Shown: positions 24,501-37,873 of the stretch, piece after piece
Layout of the letters: each line of letters opens with the position of its first letter
How positions within the stretch are numbered: the stretch's first letter is position 1
Origin: Octopus vulgaris
Lineage: Eukaryota
DNA: 64,000 nt
Assembly: GCA_951406725.2 (NCBI GenBank)
Contig: OX597841.1
Coordinates: 14,136,001-14,200,000, forward strand
Direction of reading: 5' to 3'
Notes under the pieces: model-generated
The model's input: the letters and a program-made list of their open reading frames with translations, nothing else
Database searches by the model: none
What the model was told of the DNA's origin: nothing
Program-made: the position numbers and the translations under genes

Positions 24501-27500
24501 TTGTTGCCAGCATCGCCTTACTGGCACATATACCGGTGGCACGTGGAAAACAACATTTGAGCGTGGTTGTTGCCAGTGCCGCAAGACTGGCTCCCATGCA
24601 GATAGCATGTAAAAACAACGTTGTCGTTGCCAGAAGCGCTTGACTGGCCCTCGTGCCGGTGACACGTAAAAGCATCTACTGCACTCTCGGAGTGGTTGGT
24701 GTTAGGAAGGGCATCCAGCTGTAAAAATCCTGCTTAAACAGTCACAGAAGTTTGGTGGAGTTTTCTGCCTGACTGGCGCTTGTGAAACCGTCCCGCCCAT
24801 GCTAAATAATAATGATGACTAGGGGTGATTTCTTGAACTAAAATACTCCAAGGTGGTGCTCCATCTTGGCTGCAATCCAATGATTGAAACAAGTAAAAGA
24901 TAAAAGATATGTATATGTCCGTGTGTTTTTATTTTAAATGTTTGGATTATTTTGTTTGTTAGCGATGGTGTTTGTGTAGTGAGAATGTGTTGTGCCATAG
25001 TGTGGGTGTGTGAGGGTGCCCATGGGAATGAGGGCACATTGTGGAGCGAGGGCATGCCCTCTGTGCAGCAGTGAAGACACTGTATTCTTTTGCCGCGAGC
25101 TGGCCTGAGGCGGTGAACTGGCTGAAACGTTAGCACGCGGGGCGAAATGCGTAGCCGTATTTTGTCTGCCGTTATGTTCTGAGTTCAAATTCCACCGAGG
25201 TCAACTTTGCCTTTCATCCTTTTGGGGTCGATAAATTAAGTACCAGTTACACACTGGGGGTCCATGTAATCGACTTAATCCGTTCGTCTGTCCTTGTTTG
25301 TCCCCTCTGTGTTTAGCCCCGTGTGGGCAGTAAAGAAATAGGTATTTCGTCTGCTGCTACGTTCTGAGTTCAAATTCTGCCGGGGTCGACTTTGCCTTTC
25401 ATCCTTTCGGGGTCGAAATTAATACCAGTTATGCACTGGGGGTCCATGTAATCGACTTAACCCTTTAGTATTTAAACTGGCCATATCCAGCCAAAATATT
25501 TAATCTGTTTTATGTTCAAACTGACCAGATCCAGGCTCTCACACCTACCCTACAATGTTATTCTACATTAAGTAATTACACCATCAAGATCTTGAAGATA
25601 TGAGATAATGCATGATTAATTCAAATCAATGGGAATCAATAAGCATTATGTTTGATAGAATAATCTGAACACTAAAGGGTTAATCCGTTTGTCTGTCCTT
25701 GTTTGTCCCCTCTGTGTTTAGCTCCTTGTGGGCAGTAAAGAAATAGGTATTTCGTCTGCTGCTACGTTCTGAGTTCAAATTCCGCCGGGGTCGACTTTGC
25801 CTTTCATCCTTTCGGGGTCGAAATTAAGTACCAGTTACGCACTGGGGTTCCATGTAATCAACTTAATCCGTTCGTCTGTCCTTGTTTGTCCCCTCTGTGT
25901 TTAGCCCCGTGTGGGCAGTAAAGAAATAGGTATTCTTTTGCTGACTTAATCTTACTGACCTTTCTTTTCTCTTCCACAGATAATGGCGAAGATAAAAGGA
26001 CCGTACTCGCTTCGGCGATCCAACCAGAGCTCCCTGGAGCTCATGATGGAATGTGAGGAAGATGATTTGTCCCCGTGGCAAATCGAAGCTTCCCGTCGGG
26101 CCCTGGATGACTACGAGAAAGCAGTCCAACGTATCAAAGCTGCAAAAGCCCGTCAAATGATACAACAGAAAGCATCGTCTGTTACCACCCCAGCTTGTAA
26201 GTTGCCAGTCTCTCCCTCTTCACCCTGTTCAAACCCTTTTCTAAGTTAATGCTGTTTTTAGCCAAATAACAAAACCCCTAACGAGGTCACTGTCTGTTAG
26301 AAAGGTTGCTTTATTGAAGGCAGTGAGCTGGCAGAAACGTTAGCACGCCGGGCGAAATGCTTAGCAGTATTTCGTCTGCCGTTGTGTTCTGAGTTCAAAT
26401 TCTGCTGAGGTCGACTTTGCCTTTCATCCTTTTGGGGTCAATTAAAGTACCAGTTACACACTGGGGTCAATATAATCAACTTAATCCGTTTGTCTGTCCT
26501 TGTTTGTCCTCTCTGTATTTAGCCCCTTGTGGGTAGTAAAGAAACAGATTAACCCCAGGAAATTTACTCTGGTTGTTATTTCTAGTAAATCTAGTGACCA
26601 GGTAGAGGTCGACTTTGGCTTTCATCCTTTCGGGGTCGATAAATTAAGTACCAGTTACGCACTGGGGTCGATATAATCGACTTAATCCGTTTGTCTGCCC
26701 TTGTTTGTCCCCTCTGTGTTTAGCCCCTTGTGGGTAGTAAAGAAATAAGAAAAGTTGCTTTATTCTCTGTCCATTATTGACCGTGGAACATTGCAATATC
26801 TAGACCCCGGGGTGTGCAAACTACTCATCACCCAGAAGTCTGCCCTGAGGGTAACTGTTTTGTGTTGTCATCTTTCAGCCCTTCCTAGGAGTAAATCCCC
26901 TGATGTGATCATTGTTGGTGAGACGCCAGCGACCCGAGTTCCAAACCAGGTTCAGCAATCGAGAATGGGTTCGACACAGCTTCTGAAGGTAAGTGTGTTG
27001 GTGTGTGTGTGTGTGTGAGGGGGGGGTCACTGTGTGTGTGGGTGCGTGTGAGTGAAAATATGTGTGTGAGTGAAAATGTGTGTGTGTGTGTGTGTGTGTG
27101 TGAGTGAAAATGTGTGTGGGGGGAGTCATTGTATGTGTGTGTGTGTGTGTGTGTAAGTGAAAATGTGTGTGGGGGTGTCATTGTGTGTGTGTGTGTAAGT
27201 GAAAATGTGTGTGTGTAAGTGAAAATGTGTGTGTGGGGGTGTCGTGTGTGTGTGTAAGTGAAAATGTGTGTGTGTGTGCGAGTGAAAATGTGTGTGTGTG
27301 TGCTTTTCACTTTTGTGGCTGTGTGGTAAGAAGGTTGCTTCCCAACCACATGGTTCTCGGTTCAGTCCCGCTGTGTGGCACCTTGGGCAAGTGTCTTCTA
27401 CGATAGCCTCAAACAAACCCAAAGCCTTGTGAGTGGATTTCGTAGACGGAAACTGCTGAAAGAAGCCAAATAACAAAACCTCTAACGAGGTCACTGTCTA

Positions 27501-30500
27501 TCAGTAAGGCTGCTTTATTGAAGGCGGCGAGCTGGCAGAAATGTTAGCACGCCGGGCGAAATGCTTAGCAGTATTTCGTCTGCTGTTGTGTTCTGAGTTC
27601 AAATTCTGGCGAGGTCGACTTTGCCTTTCATCCTTTCGGGGTCGATTAAAGTAACAGTTACGCACTGGGGTCGATATAATCACACACACACACACCCAGA
27701 GAGAATAATCCTCCAACTATTGCCGGTGTTACATTGTGTTTGGCAGAGTAATCCGAATGCTAAAAGAGTTGAATATAGGCGCAAGAGTGGTTGTGTGGTA
27801 AGTAGCTTGTTTACCAACCACATGGTTCCGGGTTCAGTCCTACTGCGTGGCACCTTCGGCAAGTGTCTTTTACTATAGCCTCGGGCCGACCGAAGTCTTG
27901 TGAGTAGATTTGGTAGACGGAAACTGAAAGAAGCCTGTCGTATATATGTATATACGTGTGTTTGTGTGTCTGTGTTTGTTCCCCTAGCATTGCTTGACAA
28001 CCGATGCTGGTGTGTTTATGTCCCCGTTACTTAGCGGTTCGGCAAAAGAGACCGATAGAATAAGTACTGGGCTTACAAAAGAATAAGTCCTGGGGTCGAG
28101 TTGCTCGATTAAAGGCGGTGCTCCAGCATGGCCGCAGTCAAATGACTGAAACAAGTAAAAGAGTAAAGAGAATGTTAACCGAACTATGAATCCCTTCGTG
28201 TCCCTTTATTTAGTGGAGTCGATCTTAAACTATTGTTCTCCTCCTTCTTTTCCTTCCAGTCCCAACTCCATGCCAACCAATTACAGCGCTCTTCTCTTTC
28301 AAACTCCATGCTCACTGCCAACACCCTCAACAAAAACCTTGCGGGAAACATGTCCCTCGGCAAAGTCCAGGGACAGATGCGAAAACCTGGTAAGTTTATT
28401 GATTGATATTTTATTAAGGCTTTGCCTTCATTTAAAAAGAATTTGTTTTTCATCTAACATTCTCCTCTTGTCTAATCTTCCTGTTTCGTCTGTCTGTTTG
28501 TCTTATTTGTCTGTCTAGCTGTCTGTCTGTCTGCCTAGCTAGCTGTCTGTCTGTCTGCCTAGATAGCTGTCTGTCTATCTGTCTAGCTAGCTGTCTGTCT
28601 GTCTGCCTAGCTAGCTGTCTGTCTGTCTGCCTAGCTAGCTATCTGTGTGTCTGTCTGCCTAGCTAGCTGTCTGTCTGTCTGCCTAGCTAGCTATCTGTCT
28701 GTCTGCCTAGCTAGCTGTCTGTGTGTCTGTCTGTCTAGCTATCTGTGTGTCTGTCTGCCTAGCTAGCTGTCTGTCTGTCTGCCTAGCTAGCTATCTGTGT
28801 GTCTGTCTGCCTAGCTAGCTGTCTGTCTGTCTGCCTAGCTAGCTATCTGTCTGTCTGCCTAGCTAGCTGTCTGTGTGTCTGTCTGTCTAGCTAGCTGTCT
28901 GTCTGTCTGTCTGCCTAGCTAGCTGTCTGTCTGTCTATCTGTCTAGCTAGCTGTCTGTCTGTCTGTCTAGCTAGCTGTCTGTCTGTCTGCCTAGCTAGCT
29001 GTCTGTCTGTCTGTCTGTCTATCTGTCTAGCTAGCTGTCTGTCTGGCTGTCTAGCTAGCTGTCTGTCTGTCTGCCTAGCTAGCTGTCTGTCTGTCTGTCT
29101 ATCTGTCTAGCTAGCTGTCTGTCTGTCTGTCTGCCTAGCTGTCTGTCTGTCTAGCTGTCTGTTTGTCTGCCTAGCTGTCTGTCTGTCTGTCTGCCTAGCT
29201 AGCTGTCTGTCTGTCTAGGTAGCTGTCTGTCTGTCTGCCTGTCTGTCTAGCTGTCTGTCAGTCTAACAAGCAAGTTGTTTGACTAGCTGTCTGTCTGTCT
29301 AACTAGTTAGCCATGTGTCCATGTGTCTAGTTAGCTGTCTGTGTGTCTGGCTGTCTACCTGCCTACCTCGTTAGCTACCTGTCTGTCTATCTACTTATCC
29401 ATCTCTCTCTCTTGTACGTCTGTCTTTCTCCTATAACTCTCTATTTTTCTCTCACTCAATTTATCTTTCTCTCCGTCTTTTTAGCTCCGTATTTATTCCC
29501 TCTTCCTCCACCTCTCTCTCTCTGTCTTTCTGTCCATCTCTCTTACCTACATCCTCTTTCCCTCCCTCCTTCCCTCCTTCTTTGTCATTTTTTTCCTCTT
29601 CATTTAGATCTGCCCTATTTCACTTCTACCATCCAAGGTGTTGATGAGACCAGGGCTGTGGAGTCGGAAACAGTTTAGGGGTAGCTGGAGTCAGAGTCAG
29701 TAAAACTATATTGACTCTGAATTGCCATATCTTTATTCATTAATCTAAACCAGTCATGAGATATAGGTCTGACCCTAACCTTAACCCTAACCCTACTCAT
29801 CTCACCTGTTTACACGACCTCTCTCTCCTTTGACTGCTAACCTTATCATCACTTGACCCTTTCACCTCGCTTTTCCCAGCCTCTGACCAGTCACTTGACC
29901 TCTCGGCCCTTCCCGTTGTCTCCTCTAACCTCTGACCTTTCTCTCTCTCTCACAGGCGAAAACAGTTCCCTATCACAGCAACACTCCCTGATTTTACCAA
30001 AGGCTATCTCTTCTTTGCTCTCCGCTGCCAATCACAGACAAGTTGGAAGTGGAAACAACAGCAACAACAACAACAACAACAGCCTCAGCCAAAGCGAACA
30101 AGGGACCACCAGTGCCAACACGATCGGCTATGGCTTCAAGAAAACCGATCCCTTGGACACAGCCTCGACAACACTGAAACGGTCGGCGGACACAGATTCA
30201 GCCCAGTCCCCACCCAAAAAGAAGGTGCAGCGAAAAACTTCAACAGATTCCTCTGCCGGTCAGTTTCTTCCCTTTGGTCAACAGTGGCAGTAGTTGTTCG
30301 GGAAGGGGGTGGGGACGGGGTGGGGGTTTGATGTTCTGGTTTTGTCGTCATTGTCATCATGAAATGTAAATGCTGTGAACGGGTGCAGTTTGTGGACGTG
30401 CGGTGGAGAAGCTTGCTTGCCAACTAGGCGGTCTCCGGTTCGGTCCCACTGCACAGCACTCCGGGGGAAAGTGGTCTTCCACTACAGCTCTGGGCTTGAC

Positions 30501-32112
30501 CAAAGCCTTGTAGATGGAAACTGAAAGAAGCCTGTCATGTACTCCTTCATTCTTTTACTTGTTTCAGTCATATGACTGTGGCCATGCTGGAGCACCACCT
30601 TAAAGGGTTTTAGTCGAAGAAATCGGCACCAAGACTTATTGATTGTAAAGCTAGTACTTATTCTATCGGTCTCTTTTGCCAAACTGCTAGGTTACAGAGA
30701 CATAGTGATGGGGGTGGGGGACAAACACACACACATATACGACAGGCTTCTTTCAGTTTCCATCTATCAAATCCACTTGCAAGGCTAAGGCTATAGTAGA
30801 AGACACTGGCCCAAGGTGCCATGCAATGGGACTGAACCCAGAACCATGTGGTTGGGAAGCAAGCTTCTTACCACACAGCCACGACTTTCACTTGCTTCTG
30901 TCATTTGACTGTGGCCATGCTGGGGCACTCACTTTAAAGGGTTTTACATTTGACAAAGTAACCTGAATGCCAAAGGGGGTTAAAAGTATTTTCATCTGGG
31001 ACAACCCTGTCTCCCATTCATCCTAAGTCTACCTCATACTACACTATTGAATGTGTCATTCATATCTACTTGCAGTGTTCAATTTCCATATGCCATAACC
31101 CCCGATACCTGGGGACATTTGGCTGTTAAATTGTGTAAGGTCAAGTGGTTCATGTGGTCCCTATTTTAACCCTTTTTTAGCATTCAGATTACTCCATCAA
31201 AATGTAATGCTTATATCACGTGATCACGTGACCGACCAGACCATCAGATGTAGTTACACATCGCTGGTCACAATGTGCTTTGCATTGTTTTAGCCTTCAA
31301 ATGACGCCACCCCGCTGGCTAAGCGAGCAGGCCAACAGAAGAAAGAGTGGAAGAAAGTGGTGAAAGAGTACAGCAGGGATCACCACCCCCTGCCGGAGCT
31401 TCGTGGAGCTTTTAGGTGTTTTCGCTCAATAAACACTCACAACGCCCGGTCTGGGAATCGAAACCGCGATCCTACGACCGCGAGTCCGCTGCCCTAACCA
31501 CTGGGCCATTGCGCCTCCACAATGCTTATATATTCATATCATTTTGTATTAATCCTGAATTATCTCATAGCTTTGAGATTTTGATGATGTAATTGCTTGT
31601 TTTTAGAATGACATTGTAAGGTAAGTGTGATAAGCTGGATCTGGCCTAGAATTTTTGAACCAGATCTGGCCACTTTAAATACTAAGGGTTAAAATGCTGT
31701 GTGTGCATCACATCTGAGGATTGAACCTGTGTCCCTGTTGTTTGCGAGACTTCAGTCTTATTTTGTGTTTTTTTTTACCTTCTTCTTTCAGGAAACTGGG
31801 TCCCTCTGGATGAATATTATTATGGCAAAATGGAAGGTGACCCAAATTATTGGGAAGAGAAAGGAGAACACAGATTTAAGGTAGGCTTTCTTTTTTTCAT
31901 TGTTAAGGGAGCAGAATCTTTAACATAGTGGGCAAAATGCAAAATGGGGTTTTGCCCGGGTTAACTTTCTGAGTTAAAATTCTGCCAAAGTCGACTTTGC
32001 CTTTCATCCTTTCAGGGTCAATAAATGAAGTACCAGTTATGCACTGGTGTCGATATAATCAACTAGTCCCCTTGCCCCAAATTTCAGGCCTTGTGCCTAT
32101 AGTAAAAAGGAC

Positions 32113-32173
<61 letters not shown>

Positions 32174-35100
32174 CTGGAATTTAGGACGTTCATATCACTT
32201 ATGAGGTGTTCTATATTTTTCAGCTAGGGTGTATTTGGGTCTCAAGGGGGTGGTACAAACCTAGCAATATGTGTTTTATAGTGAACGCAAAAATTTCCAT
32301 TCAAATGGCAATTACTGGATGATTTTCTGTTTGAGTCTAACCGTTTTATGTTGTAGTGGAAACACGACCTATGTTGCAGATAGGCATACGAATAATGTAT
32401 GGATTTTATATTGGAAAATTTATTATATTTTGTACATAGGAGTATACCAGCTTGTGGGTGCAATTGTGCCTGCAGATGGCCGTTTCCTCACCCCTGCTTT
32501 AACCTCTTGTCATACTGTGGTACCTACTGTTGTATGACAAGGACACATTCTATAGTAGCACCATAGTATACTGTGCTGGTACAACACAGTATAGTACCAC
32601 CTGTTGTGGTACTATACTGTGATACACACTGTAAAAACTAGTATGGTTTCTTGTGTACTATCTACTGTGGTGTGGAGGCACAATGGCCCAGTGGTTAGGG
32701 CAGCATACTCGCAGTTGCTCGCAGATGGTGGTTTCGATTCCCAGACTGGGCGTTGTGAATGTTTATTGAGCGAAAACACCTAAAGCTCCATGAGGCTCCG
32801 GCAGGGGTTGGTGGCGACCCCTGTTGTACTCTTTCACCACAACTTTCTGTCACTCTTTCTTCCTGTTTCTGTTGTACCTGTATTTCAAAGGGCCAGCCTT
32901 GTCACTCACTGTGTCATGCTGAATATCCCTGAGATCTACATTAAGGGTACACACGTCTATGGAGTAATCAGCCACTTGCATGTTAAATTCAAGAGCAGGC
33001 TGTCACAAAGCCCCCTCATTCAGTAGTACACCTCCTCTCACTTGAGGAACCTTTGTCACACCGATGCCATATCAGAGGCCCTCAGTCCTCACTGTAAAGG
33101 GGTCAGCATTAGAAAGGCCATCAAGCTACAGAAAACATGCGAACGCAAACCTCGCTGGGGTTAGCACCATGTGAAAAGCACCCACTCCACCCTTTTCTAT
33201 CTCCATGGCTCTCACTCGTTCTCTTCTGTTGCAGTGTTGGTATTGTTCCAAGATGTTGTACAACAACGTGCGCACGATGATGCACATGCAGGGTCACATT
33301 GACAGCGAGAAGCAACAGAATCTTGACCTCAGTGACCTCACCCAGTGTAAACATTGCTACAAGCAGTTTGATACTCCTTTTGAAATGCAAACTCACATTG
33401 AGAAGGTAAGCACTTTTCTTTTTTATTTTCTTTCGGTCGTTTCACTGTGGCCATGCTGGAGCACCGCCTTTGGTTGAACAGGCCTTATTCTTTGTAAGTC
33501 ACAAGAAAAAAAGTCACGGGGGTTTTTGTCCGGTTGGGTTTTGTCCTAATGGGCAGGTTTGTCCAGTTCCCATAAATTAATTGTGACTTTTTTTCCTCTG
33601 TCTTTATTACCGGTCACCTAATAAATAGTCCAGTTGAAATCTAATGGGTTTAATTTCTTAGAAATAAGCCATAAATGTGGTCCAATCGATGTGTTTGTTA
33701 ATCTGTGGTTTTCTCCATTTTCTAATTATTTGCATTATGATTGTGATTTTTTTTTCCTGTGTCTTTATTACCGGTCACCTAATAAATAGTCCAGTTGAAA
33801 TCTACGATGGGTTTAATTTCCGTTAGAAATAAGCCATAAATGGCTTTGGTCCAATCGATGTGAAGTTTGTTAATCTGTGGTTTTCTCCATAAGCGGGTTC
33901 TAATTATTTGCATTCTGGGTATATATGAGTCTTTATTTTAAAAAAAAAACTGAAGTTGTGTGAGAGTCTGTCTACTCTATATACGACTATAAGCAGGTAT
34001 CTTATAGTCGTCCTTCATATCGAGCCCTTCTGGGTATTAGCGCGCGTCTACGATGAGTCTACGATTTAAAAAAAAATTTACCATCATTTTTCCGCATTTT
34101 TAATGCATTTTTTGCTCGGTTTATATAAGGGAAGTAACTCTCTAAAAATGCTTATATAGTTATTTCCCTTACAAACCTGAGCAACGCCGGGCAATACAGC
34201 TAGTATATGTATAAATGTATAATTATATTCTCAGATGTGACAATAGTCATTAACCTCTCTCTCTCTTTCTCTTTCTGCTCTGACCAGGTCCATATGAACA
34301 ATGCCAACGTGCTCCTGTGTCGCATCTGCGAGAAGGACCATGACAGTCGACTTGCGTTAACCAATCACATGCGCCAGGTGCACACAGCGTGCGAGATGCC
34401 ATATATTTGTCAAATGTGCAATTTCCGCTCATCCATGTACAGCGACGCAGTCGACCACTTCAAGAAGGTAAGTTCTTTGTTTTGGTTTTTTTAAAAAAAT
34501 TTTTATGTATTAGTTTTTTTAGCGGGTGGGGGTTGGTCTTTCATCTTTTACACCAGTACCTGCCACGACTATGATTCAATTGACCTGATGGATCTTCTTC
34601 TCAAGCACGGCATATTCCAAAGGTCTTGGTCAAATGTCCTTGCCTCTGTGAAGCCCAGTGGTCAATAGATGCTTTTTACATGCCACCGGCATGGCTGTTA
34701 GTTACATGACACTGGCATCGGCCACATTGCTTCTGTGAGGCCCAGTGGTCAATAGATGCTGTTTACATTCCACTGGCATGGGTGTTAGTTACATGACACT
34801 GGCATCAGCCACATTGCCTCCGTGAAGCACAAACCTCCTGCCCATGTGGCTGTTTGTTAAAACAAGTCTGTTAGCCGATCTGACCTCATGATCATCTTGC
34901 TGTTAGGACAATCTCTGTTTTTTTTGTTTTAAACTTCTGGCTGTCTGTTAAAACAACAAGTCTTAGCTTCTCAGACCCTCCGGTCAACTGCTCATTTCTC
35001 TCTGTATTTCTCTGACCGATGGTCATGTTTCCATTTCAGAAACACGACAGTTCTCCATTCATCCTGTGTCTGTACTGTTTGAAGATATTCCGTGTTAAGT

Positions 35101-37656
35101 TCGTGGCCAATGGCTGGGGTCAGACCCAAATGTACTACCACCACCTCCTGAAACATCAGTCCAAAACGAATTCTCGAAAATGTCCCATATGTAAGTTGAC
35201 GTTCTTCAATTCTTTGGAAGTGAAGGCTCACCGGAAGAAGGACCACCAGTCGAACCAAAAGGGAGTAATAGGTGAGTGGCCCCAGCTTACAGTTTCGTTC
35301 TTTGGTTTTTGTTTGTTTTCCTTCGTCTTTCTTTTATGCTGTCATCTTATTGTCGTCATTGTCACCATCATCATTATTATTGTTGTCATCACCATCATCA
35401 TCACAATCAACATTGTTGTTGTCATTGTCGTCATCACCACCAGCATTATCTCCATCATCAACATTGTCGACACTATCATCATCATCATCATTGTTGTTGT
35501 CATCATTGTCACCATCATCATTATCATCATTATTATTATTGTTGTCATCATCATCATCATCACAATCAACGTCGTTGTCATCGTCACCATCATCATCATC
35601 TCCATTACCACCATTGTCAACATCATTGTCATTGTCGTCATCACCACCAGCATCATCTCCATCATCAACACTGTCGACACCATCATCACCATCATCATTG
35701 TCATCTTTATCACCTCGTCATCATCTCCATCACCGTTGTCAACACCATCATCACCATCATCATCTCCATCATCACCATTGTCAACACCATCATTATTATC
35801 ACCATCATTATTATCGTCATCATCATTGTTGTCATCATCATCACCGTTGTCAACACCATCATCACAATCGTTATTGTCTTCATCATCATCTCCATCATCA
35901 CATGTTGTCATCACCATCATCGTCATCAACATATGTAATGGCATTGTGTCTGTCTTTACGATCTGAGTTCAAATTCTGCTGAGGTCGACTTTGCCTTTCA
36001 TCCTTTTAAGGGTTGATAAAATAAGTACCAGTTGAATGCTGGGGGTTGATGTAATCAACTTACTCCCCCTCCCTTCAAAAATGCTGGCTTTGTGCCAAAA
36101 TTTGAAATCGAAATCTATATATCTATATATACTATCTGTCTGTATGTCTTTCTGTGTCCCTGCAGGTATGAATGCCAAGTACACGACCCCTGACCAAGTG
36201 ATGATAAAGGTACCGGAGCCGGGCGTGGCTCCGACCAAAGACAAAGGGGTGAAGTCATTGAATGCCCCTGCACTCACCAAAGTTATGGATTACCATGGAA
36301 TGAGGCTACCCGAATACATGGAGACTTATAAATGTATCGAATGCAAAGCCAACATGAACACTGCCGGACACTTCCGGTAAGGGACTTTATAATCATCCGT
36401 CGTCATCGTCATCATCATCGTTTTGTCATCTGATTTCACATTGCGTGTTTCGTCTCATTTCATCTCTTTCACTGTTCTCTTCTCGTCTCTTGTCTCATCT
36501 GATCGTGCATCAACTTGACACCATCATTGTCATCGATATTACTACCACCACCACCACAGCATCCATGCATCATCATCATCACCATTACCACAAACTCTAT
36601 TCATTTTTCTATTTTTCTAGATGTTTCTACATCACTGTACAGATTCCACTTCTCTTACTCCAGTACGATGTACATAGAGCATGCACATGTGTGTGTGTGT
36701 GTATGTGTACGAGTTTGTGTGTGTGCATGTATATGTGTATGTATATATATATATATATGTGTATTAAATGGATGTCTTATAAAACTGTTCCGCACATACA
36801 ATAACAGCCATACCAACAATCCAACATATGTCCATCATCAGCTGCCCCCACAGATATCATTATGGTTTCGACACCTGAACAGTACCACTCAATCCAGCAG
36901 TGCCAGCAGCACTAAAATAAAGTGTTGTTTGGGAACAAACATACATTAGATATCGCCACATTCAATCTTAATTCTAGGTAGGATTAAATACTAACATTCA
37001 ACAATGTCAGTGTTCATGCACGACAGAGTGTAAGTGTAAAGTATAAAAGCCATCTCAATATGGCTAACCACAAAGTGGGGGTGTTACTGTAGCTTTTTAG
37101 CCCCAGGAGATCATCGTCTCCAGCTGGCTTTAGACACCCTTTCAGTGCCCTTGAAGTATTTGCAAAGGGAGGCCATCCCTTCCTCGCAAGCCTGTCTTTC
37201 ATCGTGACCTGGTGGTTACCGCCCGTTGATAAGAGACAATAATCTCGAAACCGCGGTCCGGTGCGTATCACTCAGGCTTGCGAAGAAGGGATGGCCTCCC
37301 TTTGCAAATACTTCAAGGGCACTGAAAGGGTGTCTAAAGCCAGCTGGAGACGATGATCTCCTGGGGCTAAAAAGCTACAGTAACACCCCCTCCCCTATGT
37401 GGTTAGCCATGTTAAGATGGCTTCTATACTTTACATTATCGAGCGATTACTGTTTACATCTCGCTCTGAGATTTAATAATGCTTCGAGTGTAAGTGGTTT
37501 GAGAGAAAAACTGGGTGTACGTGGCATCGGATGTAGTTTCATGCAAGAGAATGCATGTGAATGAAGACAGTTGCATCACTAATTGCAGAGAGAATATGTG
37601 GAAGGGGTAGACTCAGAAATATGTGTGTGTGTGTGGACACGTGCACACACACACAT

Positions 37657-37687
<31 letters not shown>

Positions 37688-37828
37688 TATGGTTTAAGCA
37701 ACTTGTTGCAAAAAAACCCTTATTATAATTATATAATTTTTACCGAATATGGTCCTTTCCATACTGAAATACTACTAGGTGAAATTTATTGATTTTATTA
37801 AATTAATTATATTTCACTCTTTATCTGT

Positions 37829-37873
<45 letters not shown>

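Noticed and set aside
29771-29796. (CCCTAA)-like telomeric units
   Set aside because: Only 3-4 imperfect copies
31440-31520. tRNA-Arg-like sequence
   Set aside because: SINE head with body, tail and TSD; no intact acceptor stem
33578-33912. Imperfect ~165-bp tandem duplication (similar case at 40468-40686)
   Set aside because: Ordinary local duplication or long-read assembly error; first copy differs mainly by small indels
35272-35982. Poly-Ile/His/Ser/Met ORFs
   Set aside because: Intronic (CAT)n low complexity after the exon 9 donor
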